Below are positions 1 through 12,639 of a stretch of DNA of 64,000 nucleotides, in pieces (positions within the stretch are counted from its first letter, which is position 1; each line of letters starts with the position of its first letter). The stretch lies in assembly GCF_009914755.1 (NCBI RefSeq), contig NC_060933.1, one strand, 5' to 3'. The position numbers were made by a program, and so were the translations under genes. The stretch comes from the human T2T-CHM13v2.0 reference genome, Homo sapiens. The notes under the pieces are model-generated. The model did not search any database. It was not told the DNA's origin and saw only the letters and a program-made list of their open reading frames with translations.

Positions 1-139
1 TCCGTTCCATTCCGTTCCATTCCATTCCATTCCATTCTATTCGGGTTAATTCCATTCCATTCCATTCCATTCCATTCTATTCCATTCCATTGCAATCGAG
101 TTGAATCCATTGCATTTCATTCCATTCCATTCCATTCCA

Positions 140-152
140 TTCCAGAAGATTC
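140..152. promoter_or_regulatory. Heat-shock element variant TTCcaGAAgaTTC (CpG-free)
   Basis: Same word with CG>CA, which still matches TTCnnGAAnnTTC. The paralogous site at 5363 keeps CG. Confidence 0.45.
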
Positions 153-900
153 CATTCCATTGCATTCCATTCCATTCCATTCCCCTGCACTCGCGTTGAT
201 TCCATTCCGTTCCATTCCATTCCATTCCATTCCATTCCATTCCATTCCGTTCCTTTCCGTTCCGTTCCATTCCATTCCATTCCATTCCATTCCGTTCCGT
301 TCCATTCCATTCCATTCCATTCTATTCGGGTTAATTCCATTCCATTCCATTCGATTGCAATCGTGTTGATTCCATTCCATTCCATTCCATTCCATTCCAT
401 TCCATTCCATTCCTTTCCATTCCATTACGGATGATTCCATTCCATTGCATTCCATTCCATTCCATTCCCCTGTACTCGGGTTGATTCCATTCCATTGCAT
501 TCCAATCCATGCCCTTCCACTCGTGTTGATTCCATTCTTTCCATTCCATTCAAGTTGAATCCATTCCATTGCATTCCATTCTATTCGATTCCATTCCATT
601 CCATTCCGTTTCATTCCATTCCATTACATTCGGATTGATTCTATTCAATTCCCTTACACTCCATTACATTCCATTCCATTCGGGTAGTTTCCATTCCATT
701 CCATTCCATTCCTCTCCATTCCATTGCACTCGGGTTGATTCCATTCCATTGCATTCCATTCCATTCCATTCAATTCCATTCCGTTCCATTCCATTCCATT
801 ACATTCTAATTGATTCTATTCATCTCCCTTAGTCTCCATTACATTCCATTCCATTCGGGTTGTTCCATTCCATTCCATTCCATTCCACTCCATTCCATTG

Positions 901-3900
901 CACTCGGGTTGATTCCATTCCATTCCATTCCATTCCATTCCATTCCATTCCATTCCGGAAGATTCCATTCCATTGCATTCCATTCCATTCCATTTCCCTG
1001 CACTCGCGTTGATTCCATTCCATTCCATTCCATTCCATTCCATTCCATTCCACTCCATTCCATTGCACTCGGGTTGATTCCATTCCATTCCATTCCATTC
1101 CATTCCATTCCGGATGATTCCATTCCATTGCATTCCGTTCCATTACATTCCCCTGCACTCGCGTTGATTCCATTCAATTCCATTCCATTCCATTCAATTC
1201 CATTCCATTACAATTCGTTCCATTCCATTCTATTCCGTACCATTCCATTCCATACCATTCCATTTCATTCCATTCCATTCCATTCCATTCCATTCCATTC
1301 CGTTCCACTCCGTTCCATTCCATTCCATTGCATTCTATTCGGGTTAATCCCATTCCATTCCATTCCATTCCATTCTATTCCATTCCATTGCAATCGAGTT
1401 GAATCCATTGCATTTCATTCCATTCCATTCCATTCCATTCCGGAAGATTCCATTCCATTGCATTCCAATCCATGCCATTCCCCTGCACTCGCGTTGATTC
1501 CATTCCATTCCATTCCATTCCATTCCATTCCATTCCATTCCATTCCATTCCTTTCTGTTCCGTTCCATTCCATTCCATTACATTCCATTCCATTCCATTC
1601 CATTCCGTTTCATTCCATTCCATTCCATTCTATTTGGGTTAATTCCATTCCATTCCATTCGATTGCAATCGTGTTGATTCCATTCCATTCCATTCCATTC
1701 CATTCCTTTCCATTCCATTACGGATGATTCCATTCCATTGCATTCCATTCCATTCCATTCCCCTGTACTCGGGTTGATTCCATTCCATTCCATTCCAATC
1801 CATGCCCTTCCACTCGTGTTGATTCCATTCTTTCCATTCCATTCAAGTTGAATCCATTCCATTGTATTCCTTTCCATTCGATTCCATTCGACTGCACTCG
1901 GGTTGATTCCATTCCATTGCATTCCATTCCATTCCATTCCATTCCATTCCATTCCATTCCGTTCCATTCCATTCCATTACATTCGGATTGATTCTATTCA
2001 ATTCCCTTACACTCCATTACATTCCATTCCATTCGGGTAGTTTCCATTCCATTCCATTCCATTCCTCTCCATTCCATTGCACTCGGGTTGATTCCATTCC
2101 ATTGCATTCCATTCCATTCCATTGCATTCCATTCCGTTCCATTCCATTCCATTACATTCGGATTGATTCTATTCAATTCCCTTACACTCCATTACATTCC
2201 ATTCCATTCGGGTAGTTTCCATTCCATTCCATTCCATTCCTCTCCATTCCATTGCACTCGGGTTGATTCCATTCCATTGCATTCCATTCCATTCCATTCA
2301 ATTCCATTCCGTTCCATTCCATTCCATTCCATTCCATTCGGATTGATTCTATTCAACTCCCTTACTCTCCATTACATTCCATTCCATTCGGGTTGTTCCA
2401 TACCATTCCATTCCATTCCACTCCATTCCATTGCACTCGGGTTTATTCCATTCCATTCCATTCCATTCCATTCCATTCCATTCCGGAAGATTCCATTCCA
2501 TTCCATTCCATTCCATTCCATTCCATTCCAATCGAGTTGATTCCATTCCATTGCATTCCATTCCATTCCACTCCATTCCAGTCCTTTCCATTCCATTACA
2601 CTCGGGTTGATTCCATTCCATTCCACTCCATTCCGTTCCATTCCATTCCATTCCATTGTATTCGGGTTAATTCCATTCCATTCCATTCCATTCCATTCCA
2701 TTCCATTCCATTCCATTACAATCGAGTTGATTCCATTCCATTCCATTCCATTCCATTCCATTCCATTCCAGTCCTTTCCATTCCATTCCACTCGGGTTGA
2801 TTCCATTCTATTAGTTTCCATTCCATTCCATTCCCTTCCATTCCACTCTGGTTGATTCCATTCCTTTCCATTCCACTCGAATACATTCCCTCCTATTCCA
2901 CTAGGAACGATTCCTTTCCATTCCATTCCATTCCATTCCAATCCATTCCATTCCATTCCAGTTCGTTCCATTCCGTTCTATTCGGTACCATTCCATTCCA
3001 TTCCATTCCTTTCCATTCCATTCCTTTCCACTCGTGTTGATTCCATTCCTTTCCATTCCATTCGGTTTGAAGGCATTCCATTCCATTCAATTCCATTCCA
3101 TTCCATTCCATTCCCTTCCATTCTATTCCATTGCATTGCAATCGAGTTGAATCCATTGCCTTTCATTCCATTCCATTCCATTCCATTCCATTCCGGAAGA
3201 TTCCATTCCATTACATTCCATTCCATTCCATTCCCCTGCACTCGCGTTGATTCCATTCCATTCCATTCCATTCCATTCTATTCGGGTTAATTCCATTCCA
3301 TTCCATTCCATTCCATTCCATTCCAATCGAGTTGATTCCATTCCATTCCATTCCACTCCATTCCAGTCCTTTCCATTCCATTCCACTCGGGTTGATTCCA
3401 ATGTATTCCTTTCCATTCCATTCCATTCCATTGCAATCGAGTTGATTCCATTGCTTTGCATTCCATTCCATTCCATTCCATTCCGGATGATTCCATTCCA
3501 TTGCATTCCATTCCATTCCATTCCCCTGCACTCGGGTTGATTCCATTCCATTCCACTCCATTCCGTTCCATTCCATTCCATTCCATTGTATTCAGGTTAA
3601 TTCCATTCCATTCCATTCCATTCCATTCCATTACAATCGAGTTGATTCCATTCCATTCCATTCCATTCCATTCCATTCCAGTCCTTTCCATTCCATTCCA
3701 CTCGGGTTGATTCCATTCTATTAGTTTCCATTCCATTCCATTCCCTTCCATTCCACTCTGGTTGATTCCATTCCTTTCCATTCCATTTAATTCCATTCCA
3801 TTCCATTCCATTCCATTCCAATCCGTTCCATTCCATTCCATTCTATTCCACTGCAATCGACTTGATTCCATTCCATTCCATTCTATTCCATTCCATTCCA

Positions 3901-6900
3901 TTCCATTCCATTCCATTCCATTCCATTGCATTCCTTTCCATGCCATTCCACTCGGGTTGATTCCATTCCATTCCATTCCATTCCATTCCATTCCATTCCG
4001 TTCCATTCCATTTCATTACATTCATTTTGATTCTATTCAATTCCCTTACACTCCATTATATTCCAATCCATTCTGGTTGTTTCCATTCCATTCCATTCCA
4101 TTTCACTCCATTCCATTGCACTCGGTTTGATTCCATTCCATTCCATTCCATTCCGGATGATTCCATTCCATTGCATTCCATTCCATTCCATTCCCCTGCA
4201 CTCAGGTTGATTCCATTCCATTCCATTCCACTCCATTCGGTTCCGTTCCATTCCATTCTATTGCATTCCATTCTATTCGGGTTAATTCCATTCCATTCTA
4301 TTCCATTCCATTCCATTCCATTCCATTGCAATGGAGTTGATTCCATTCCATTCCATTCCATTCCGGATGATTCCATTCCATTGCATTGCATTCCATTCCA
4401 TTCCCCTGCACTCGTGTTGATTCCATTACCTTCTATTCCATTCCATTCCGTTCCATTCCATTGCATTCCATTCTATTCCGGTTAATTCCATTCCATTCCA
4501 TTCCATTCCATTCCATTCCATTCCATTGCAATCGAGTTGATTCCATTCCATTCCTTTCCATTCCATTCCATTGCCTTGCATTCCAATCGGGTTGTTTCCA
4601 TTCCCTTCTTTCCACTCCATTACATTCCCTTCCATTCCACTCGGAATGATTGATTATATTCCATTCCATTCCATTTCATTCCATTGCAATCCATTCCAAT
4701 CCATTCCATTCCATTCCATTCCACTCGAGTTGATTTCATTCCATTCCTTTCCATTCCATTCCGTTCCTTTCCATTCGAGTTGATTCCATTCCATTCCATT
4801 CCATTGCATTCCATTCCATGCCATTCCACTCGGGTTGATTCCATTCCTTTGCATTCCATTCCATTCCATTCCATTCCATTCCATTCCATTCCGTTGCATT
4901 CCATTCCATTACATTCCGATTGATTCTATTCAACTCCCTTACTCTCCATTACATTCCATTCCATTCGGGTTGTTCCATTCCATTCCATTCCATTCCACTC
5001 CATTCCATTGCACTCGGGTTGATTCCATTCCATTCCATTCCATTCCATTCCATTCCATTCCGGATGATTCCATTCCATTGCATTCCGTTCCATTACATTC
5101 CCCTGCACTCGCGTTGATTCCATTCCATTCCATTCCATTCCATTCAATTCCATTCCATTACAATTCGTTCCATTCCATTCTATTCCCTACCATTCCATTC
5201 CATTCCATTCCATTCCATTCCATTCCGTTCCATTCCGTTCCATTCCATTCCATTCCATTCTATTCGGGTTAATTCCATTCCATTCCATTCCATTCCATTC
5301 TATTCCATTCCATTGCAATCGAGTTGAATCCATTGCATTTCATTCCATTCCATTCCATTCCATTCCGGAAGATTCCATTCCATTGCATTCCATTCCATTC
5401 CATTCCCCTGCACTCGCGTTGATTCCATTCCGTTCCATTCCATTCCATTCCATTCCATTCCATTCCGTTCCTTTCCGTTCCGTTCCATTCCATTCCATTC
5501 CATTCCATTCCGTTCCGTTCCATTCCATTCCATTCCATTCTATTCGGGTTAATTCCATTCCATTCCATTCGATTGCAATCGTGTTGATTCCATTCCATTC
5601 CATTCCATTCCATTCCATTCCATTCCATTCCATTCCTTTCCATTCCATTACGGATGATTCCATTCCATTGCATTCCATTCCATTCCATTCCCCTGTACTC
5701 GGGTTGATTCCATTCCATTGCATTCCAATCCATGCCCTTCCACTCGTGTTGATTCTATTCTTTCCATTCCATTCAAGTTGAATCCATTCCATTGCATTCC
5801 ATTCTATTCGATTCCATTCCATTCCATTCCGTTTCATTCCATTCCATTACATTCGGATTGATTCTATTCAATTCCCTTACACTCCATTACATTCCATTCC
5901 ATTCGGGTAGTTTCCATTCCATTCCATTCCATTCCTCTCCATTCCATTGCACTCGGGTTGATTCCATTCCATTGCATTCCATTCCATTCCATTCAATTCC
6001 ATTCCGTTCCATTCCATTCCATTACATTCTAATTGATTCTATTCATCTCCCTTAGTCTCCATTACATTCCATTCCATTCGGGTTGTTCCATTCCATTCCA
6101 TTCCATTCCACTCCATTCCATTGCACTCGGGTTGATTCCATTCCATTCCATTCCATTCCATTCCATTCCATTCCATTCCGGAAGATTCCATTCCATTGCA
6201 TTCCATTCCATTCCATTTCCCTGCACTCGCGTTGATTCCATTCCATTCCATTCCATTCCATTCCATTCCATTCCACTCCATTCCATTGCACTCGGGTTGA
6301 TTCCATTCCATTCCATTCCATTCCATTCCATTCCGGATGATTCCATTCCATTGCATTCCGTTCCATTACATTCCCCTGCACTCGCGTTGATTCCATTCAA
6401 TTCCATTCCATTCCATTCAATTCCATTCCATTACAATTCGTTCCATTCCATTCTATTCCGTACCATTCCATTCCATACCATTCCATTTCATTCCATTCCA
6501 TTCCATTCCATTCCATTCCGTTCCACTCCGTTCCATTCCATTCCATTGCATTCTATTCGGGTTAATCCCATTCCATTCCATTCCATTCCATTCTATTCCA
6601 TTCCATTGCAATCGAGTTGAATCCATTGCATTTCATTCCATTCCATTCCATTCCATTCCGGAAGATTCCATTCCATTGCATTCCAATCCATGCCATTCCC
6701 CTGCACTCGCGTTGATTCCATTCCATTCCATTCCATTCCATTCCATTCCATTCCATTCCATTCCATTCCTTTCTGTTCCGTTCCATTCCATTCCATTACA
6801 TTACATTCCATTCCATTCCATTCCATTCCGTTTCATTCCATTCCATTCCATTCTATTTGGGTTAATTCCATTCCATTCCATTCGATTGCAATCGTGTTGA

Positions 6901-9900
6901 TTCCATTCCATTCCATTCCATTCCTTTCCATTCCATTACGGATGATTCCATTCCATTGCATTCCATTCCATTCCATTCCCCTGTACTCGGGTTGATTCCA
7001 TTCCATTGCATTCCAATCCATGCCCTTCCACTCGTGTTGATTCCATTCTTTCCATTCCATTCAAGTTGAATCCATTCCATTGTATTCCTTTCCATTCGAT
7101 TCAATTCGACTGCACTCGGGTTGATTCCATTCCATTGCATTCCATTCCATTCCATTCCATTCCATTCCATTCCGTTCCATTCCATTCCATTACATTCGGA
7201 TTGATTCTATTCAATTCCCTTACACTCCATTACATTCCATTCCATTCGGGTAGTTTCCATTCCACTCCATTCCATTCCTCTCCATTCCATTGCACTCGGG
7301 TTGATTCCATTCCATTGCATTCCATTCCATTCCATTCAATTCCATTCCGTTCCATTCCATTCCATTACATTCGGATTGACTCTATTCAACTCCCTTACTC
7401 TCCATTACATTCCCTTCCATTCGGGTTGTTCCATTCCATTCCATTCCATTCCACTCCATTCCATTGCACTCGGGTTTATTCCATTCCATTCCATTCCATT
7501 CCATTCCATTCCATTCCATTCCGGAAGATTCCATTCCATTGCATTCCATTCCATTCCATTCCCCTGCACTCGCGTTGATTCCATTCCATTCCATTCCATT
7601 CCATTCCATTCCATTCCATTCCTTTCCGTTCCATTCCATTCGATTCCATTCCATTCCATTCCATTCCGTTCCGTTCCGTTCCGTTCCATTCCATTCCATT
7701 CCATTCTATTCGGGTTAATTCGATTCCATTCCATTCGATTGCAATCGAGTTGATTCCATTCCATTCCATTCCATTCCATTCCATTCCATTCCATTCTATT
7801 CGGGTTAATTCCATTCCATTCCATTCCATTCCATTCCATTCCAATCGAGTTGATTCCATTCCATTCCATTCCACTCCATTCCAGTCCTTTCCATTCCATT
7901 CCACTCGGGTTGATTCCAATGTATTCCTTTCCATTCCATTCCATTCCATTGCAATCGAGTTGATTCCATTGCTTTGCATTCCATTCCATTCCATTCCATT
8001 CCGGATGATTCCATTCCATTGCATTCCCTTCCATTCCATTCCCCTGCACTCGGGTTGATTCCATTCCATTCCACTCCATTCCGTTCCATTCCATTCCATT
8101 CCATTGTATTCAGGTTAATTCCATTCCATTCCATTCCATTCCATTCCATTACAATCGAGTTGATTCCATTCCATTCCATTCCATTCCATTCCATTCCAGT
8201 CCTTTTCATTCCATTCCACTCGGGTTGATTCCATTCTATTAGTTTCCATTCCATTCCATTCCCTTCCATTCCACTCTGGTTGATTCCATTCCTTTCCATT
8301 CCATTTAATTCCATTCCATTCCATTCCATTCCATTCCAATCCGTTCCATTCCATTCCATTCTATTCCACTGCAATCGACTTGATTCCATTCCATTCCATT
8401 CCATTGCATTCCATTCCATGCCATTCCACTCGGGTTGATTCCATTCCATTCCATTCCATTCCATTCCATTCCATTCCATTCCATTCCGGAAGATTCCATT
8501 CCATTGCATTCCATTCCATTCCATTCCCCTGCACTCGCGTTGATTCCATTCCATTCCATTCCATTCCATTCCATTCCATTACATTCCTTTCCGTTCCATT
8601 CCATTCGATTCCATTCCATTCCATTCCATTCTGTTCCGTTCCGTTCCGTTCCATTCCATTCCATTCCATTCTATTCGGGTTAATTCGATTCCATTCCATT
8701 CGATTGCAATCGAGTTGATTCCATTCCATTCCATTCCATTCCATTCCATTCCTTTCCATTCCATTACGGATGATTCCTTTCCATTGCATTACCTTCCATT
8801 CCATTCCCCTGTACTCGGGTTGATTCCATTCCATTCCATTCCATTCCATTCTATTCCATTCCATTCCGGAAGATTCCATTCCATTGCATTCCATTCCATT
8901 CCATTCCCCTGCACTCGCGTTGACTGCATTCCATTCCATTCCATTCCATTCCATTCCATTCCATTCCGTTCCGTTCCGTTCCATTCCATTCCATTCCATT
9001 CCATTCCATTCCGTTCCGTTCCATTCCATTCCATTCCATTCTATTCGGGTTAATTCCATTCCATTCCATTCGATTGCAATCGTGTTGATTCCATTCCATT
9101 CCATTCCATTCCATTCCATTCCATTCCATTCCTTTCCATTCCATTACGGATGATTCCATTCCATTGCATTCCATTCCATTCCATTCCCCTGTACTCGGGT
9201 TGTTTCCATTCCATTGCATTCCAATCCATGCCCTTCCACTCGTGTTGATTCCATTCTTTCCATTCCATTCAAGTTGAATCCATTCCATTGCATTCCATTC
9301 AATTCGATTCCATTCGATTGCACTCGGGTTGATTCCATTCCATTGCATTCCATTCCATTCCATTCCATTCCATTCCATTCCATTCCGTTCCATTCCATTC
9401 CATTACATTCGGATTGATTCTATTCAATTCCCTTACACTCCATTACATTCCATTCCATTCGGGTAGTTTCCATTCCATTCCATTCCATTCCTCTCCATTC
9501 CATTGCACTCGGGTTGATTCCATTCCATTGCATTCCATTCCATTCCATTCAATTCCATTCCGTTCCATTCCATTCCATTCCATTCGGATTGATTCTATTC
9601 AACTCCCTTACTCTCCATTACATTCCATTCCATTCGGGTTGTTCCATACCATTCCATTCCATTCCACTCCATTCCATTGCACTCGGGTTTATTCCATTCC
9701 ATTCCATTCCATTCCATTCCATTCCGGAAGATTCCATTCCATTGCATTCCATTCCATTCCATTCCATTCCAATCGAGTTGATTCCATTCCATTGCATTCC
9801 ATTCCATTCCACTCCATTCCAGTCCTTTCCATTCCATTACACTCGGGTTGATTCCATTCCATTCCACTCCATTCCGTTCCATTCCATTCCATTCCATTGT

Positions 9901-10500
9901 ATTCGGGTTAATTCCATTCCATTCCATTCCATTCCATTCCATTCCATTCCATTCCATTCCATTACAATCGAGTTGATTCCATTCCATTCCATTCCATTCC
10001 ATTCCATTCCATTCCATTCCAGTCCTTTCCATTCCATTCCACTCGGGTTGATTCCATTCTATTAGTTTCCATTCCATTCCATTCCCTTCCATTCCACTCT
10101 GGTTGATTCCATTCCTTTCCATTCCACTCGAATACATTCCCTCCTATTCCACTCGGAACGATTCCATTCCATTCCATTCCATTCCATTCCAATCCATTCC
10201 ATTCCATTCCAGTTCGTTCCATTCCGTTCTATTCGGTACCATTCCATTCCATTCCATTCCTTTCCATTCCATTCCTTTCCACTCTTGTTGATTCCATTCC
10301 TTTCCATTCCATTCGGTTTGAAGGCATTCCATTCCATTCAATTCCATTCCATTCCATTCCATTCCCTTCCATTCTATTCCATTGCATTGCAATCGAGTTG
10401 AATCCATTGCCTTTCATTCCATTCCATTCCATTCCATTCCATTACGGAAGATTCCATTCCATTCCATTAAATTCCATTCCATTCCATTCCCCTGCACTCG
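901..10500 (+). repeat. Left copy of a ~9.6-kb intra-array segmental duplication
   Basis: Identical or near-identical ORF-track translations: 1174/53603, 3597/56061, 4027/56496, 5792/58271 and 7301/59780 (offsets 52429-52479), then 9214/60723 and 10103/61617 (offsets ~51510). Confidence 0.85.
953..965. promoter_or_regulatory. Representative perfect heat-shock element TTCnnGAAnnTTC (TTCcgGAAgaTTC); ~44 copies across the window
   Basis: aTTCc-gGAAg-aTTCc is three alternating inverted nGAAn pentamers, the canonical HSF trimer site. The sequence match is exact, but function is not demonstrated. Confidence 0.55.
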
Positions 10501-12639
10501 CGTTGATTCCCTTCCATTCCATTCCATTCCATTCTATTCGGGTTAATTCCATTCCATTCCATTCCATTCCATTCCATTCCATTCCAATCGAGTTGATTCC
10601 ATTCCATTCCATTCCACTCCATTCCAGTCCTTTCCATTCCATTCCACTCGGGTTGATTCCAATGTATTCCTTTCCATTCCATTCCATTCCATTGCAATCG
10701 AGTTGATTCCATTGCTTTGCATTCCATTCCATTCCATTCCATTCCGGATGATTCCATTCCATTGCATTCCATTCCATTCCATTCCCCTGCACTCGGGTTG
10801 ATTCCATTCCATTCCACTCCATTCCGTTCCATTCCATTCCATTCCATTGTATTCAGGTTAATTCCATTCCATTCCATTCCATTCCATTCCATTCCATTAC
10901 AATCGAGTTGATTCCATTCCATTCCATTCCATTCCATTCCATTACAGTCCTTTCCATTCCATTCCACTCGGGTTGATTCCATTCTATTAGTTTCCATTCC
11001 ATTCCATTCCCTTCCATTCCACTCTGGTTGATTCCATTCCTTTCCATTCCATTTAATTCCATTCCATTCCATTCCATTCCATTCCAATCCGTTCCATTCC
11101 ATTCCATTCTATTCCACTGCAATCGACTTGATTCCATTCCATTCCATTCTATTCCATTCCATTCCATTCCATTCCATTCCATTTTGTTCCAATCCATTCT
11201 ATTCCGAACCATTCCATTCCATTCCATTCCATTCCATTGCATTCCATTCCATGCCATTCCACTCGGGTTGATTCCATTCCATTCCATTCCATTCCATTCC
11301 ATTCCATTCCATTTCATTCCGTTCCATTCCATTTCATTACATTCATTTTGATTCTATTCAATTCCCTTACACTCCATTATATTCCAATCCATTCTGGTTG
11401 TTTCCATTCCATTCCATTCCATTTCACTCCATTCCACTGCACTCGGTTTGATTCCATTCCATTCCATTCCATTCCATTCCGGATGATTCCATTCCATTGC
11501 ATTCCATTCCATTCCATTCCCCTGCACTCAGGTTGATTCCATTCCATTCCATTCCACTCCATTCGGTTCCGTTCCATTCCATTCTATTGCATTCCATTCT
11601 ATTCTGGTTAATTCCATTCCATTCTATTCCATTCCATTCCATTCCATTCCATTGCAATGGAGTTGATTCCATTCCATTCCATTCCATTCCGGATGATTCC
11701 ATTCCATTGCATTCCATTCCATTCCATTCCCCTGCACTCGTGTTGATTCCATTACCTTCTATTCCATTCCATTCCGTTCCATTCCATTGCATTCCATTCT
11801 ATTCCGGTTAATTCCATTCCATTCCATTCCATTCCATTCCATTGCAATCGAGTTGATTCCATTCCATTCCTTTCCATTCCATTCCATTGCCTTGCATTCC
11901 AATCGGGTTGATTCCATTCCCTTCTTTCCACTCCATTACATTCCCTTCCATTCCACTCGGAATGATTGATTATATTCCATTATATTCCATTTCATTCCAT
12001 TGCAATCCATTCCAATCCATTCCATTCCATTCCACTCGAGTTGATTTCATTCCATTCCTTTCCATTCCATTCCATTCCTTTCCATTCGAGTTGATTCCAT
12101 TCCATTCCATTCCATTGCATTCCATTCCATGCCATTCCACTCGGGTTGATTCCATTCCTTTGCATTCCATTCCATTCCATTCCATTCCATTCCATTCCAT
12201 TCCGTTGCATTCCATTCCATTACATTCGGATTGACTCTATTCAACTCCCTTACTCTCCATTACATTCCATTCCATTCGGGTTGTTCCATTCCATTCCATT
12301 CCATTCCACTCCATTCCATTGCACTCGGGTTTATTCCATTCCATTCCATTCCATTCCATTCCATTCCATTCCGGAATCTTCCATTCCATTGCATTCCATT
12401 CCATTCCATTCCCCTGCACTCGCGTTGATTCCATTCCATTCCATTCCATTCCATTCCATTCCATTCCTTTCCGTTCCATTCCATTCCATTCCATTCCATT
12501 CCGTTCCGTTCCGTTCCGTTCCGTTCCATTCCATTCCATTCCATTCTATTCGGGTTAATTCCATTCCATTCCATTCCATTCCATTCCATTCCATTCCATT
12601 CCATTACAATCGAGTTGATTCCATTCCATTCCATTCCAT

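Larger units (their letters stand above)
1..5223 (+). repeat. ~5.22-kb tandem higher-order unit (left block); next copy begins at 5224 and stays collinear to ~7300
   Basis: Sequence from position 1 recurs at 5224. The rare marker ACATTCTAATTGATTCTATTCATCTCCCTTAGTC lies at ~801 and ~6024, and identical ORF translations 569..832 and 5792..6055 are offset by 5223. Confidence 0.85.

Noticed and set aside
36-55. TTCGGGTTAATT / GATTGATT words as DUX4 sites
   Set aside because: They do not match TGATTRRRTTA (TAAYYYAATCA) in spacing or sequence.
2870-2915. CTCGAATACATTCCCTCCTATTCCACT(C/A)GGAACG as a possible foreign insert or transposon remnant
   Set aside because: It stays in 5-bp register, is derivable from diverged pentamers, recurs ~21 times and has no target-site duplication, terminal repeat or poly-A.
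4640-4660. GGAAT on the + strand as an inversion breakpoint
   Set aside because: It is a single pentamer within an inherited word (also at ~11959, 13821, 15129, 17481 and 57117), and flanks on both sides remain CATTC-oriented.
9313-9328. CENP-B box look-alike TTCG-ATTGCACT-CGGG
   Set aside because: The CENP-B box needs TTCG-nnnnAnn-CGGG (7 nt between the CpG blocks). Here there are 8 nt with the A misplaced, and there is no alpha-satellite context.
10148-10165. CTCGGAACGATTCC as a second HSE class
   Set aside because: The GAA is shifted by one base (3-nt gap to the next TTC, no upstream TTC in phase), so it does not fit TTCnnGAAnnTTC.
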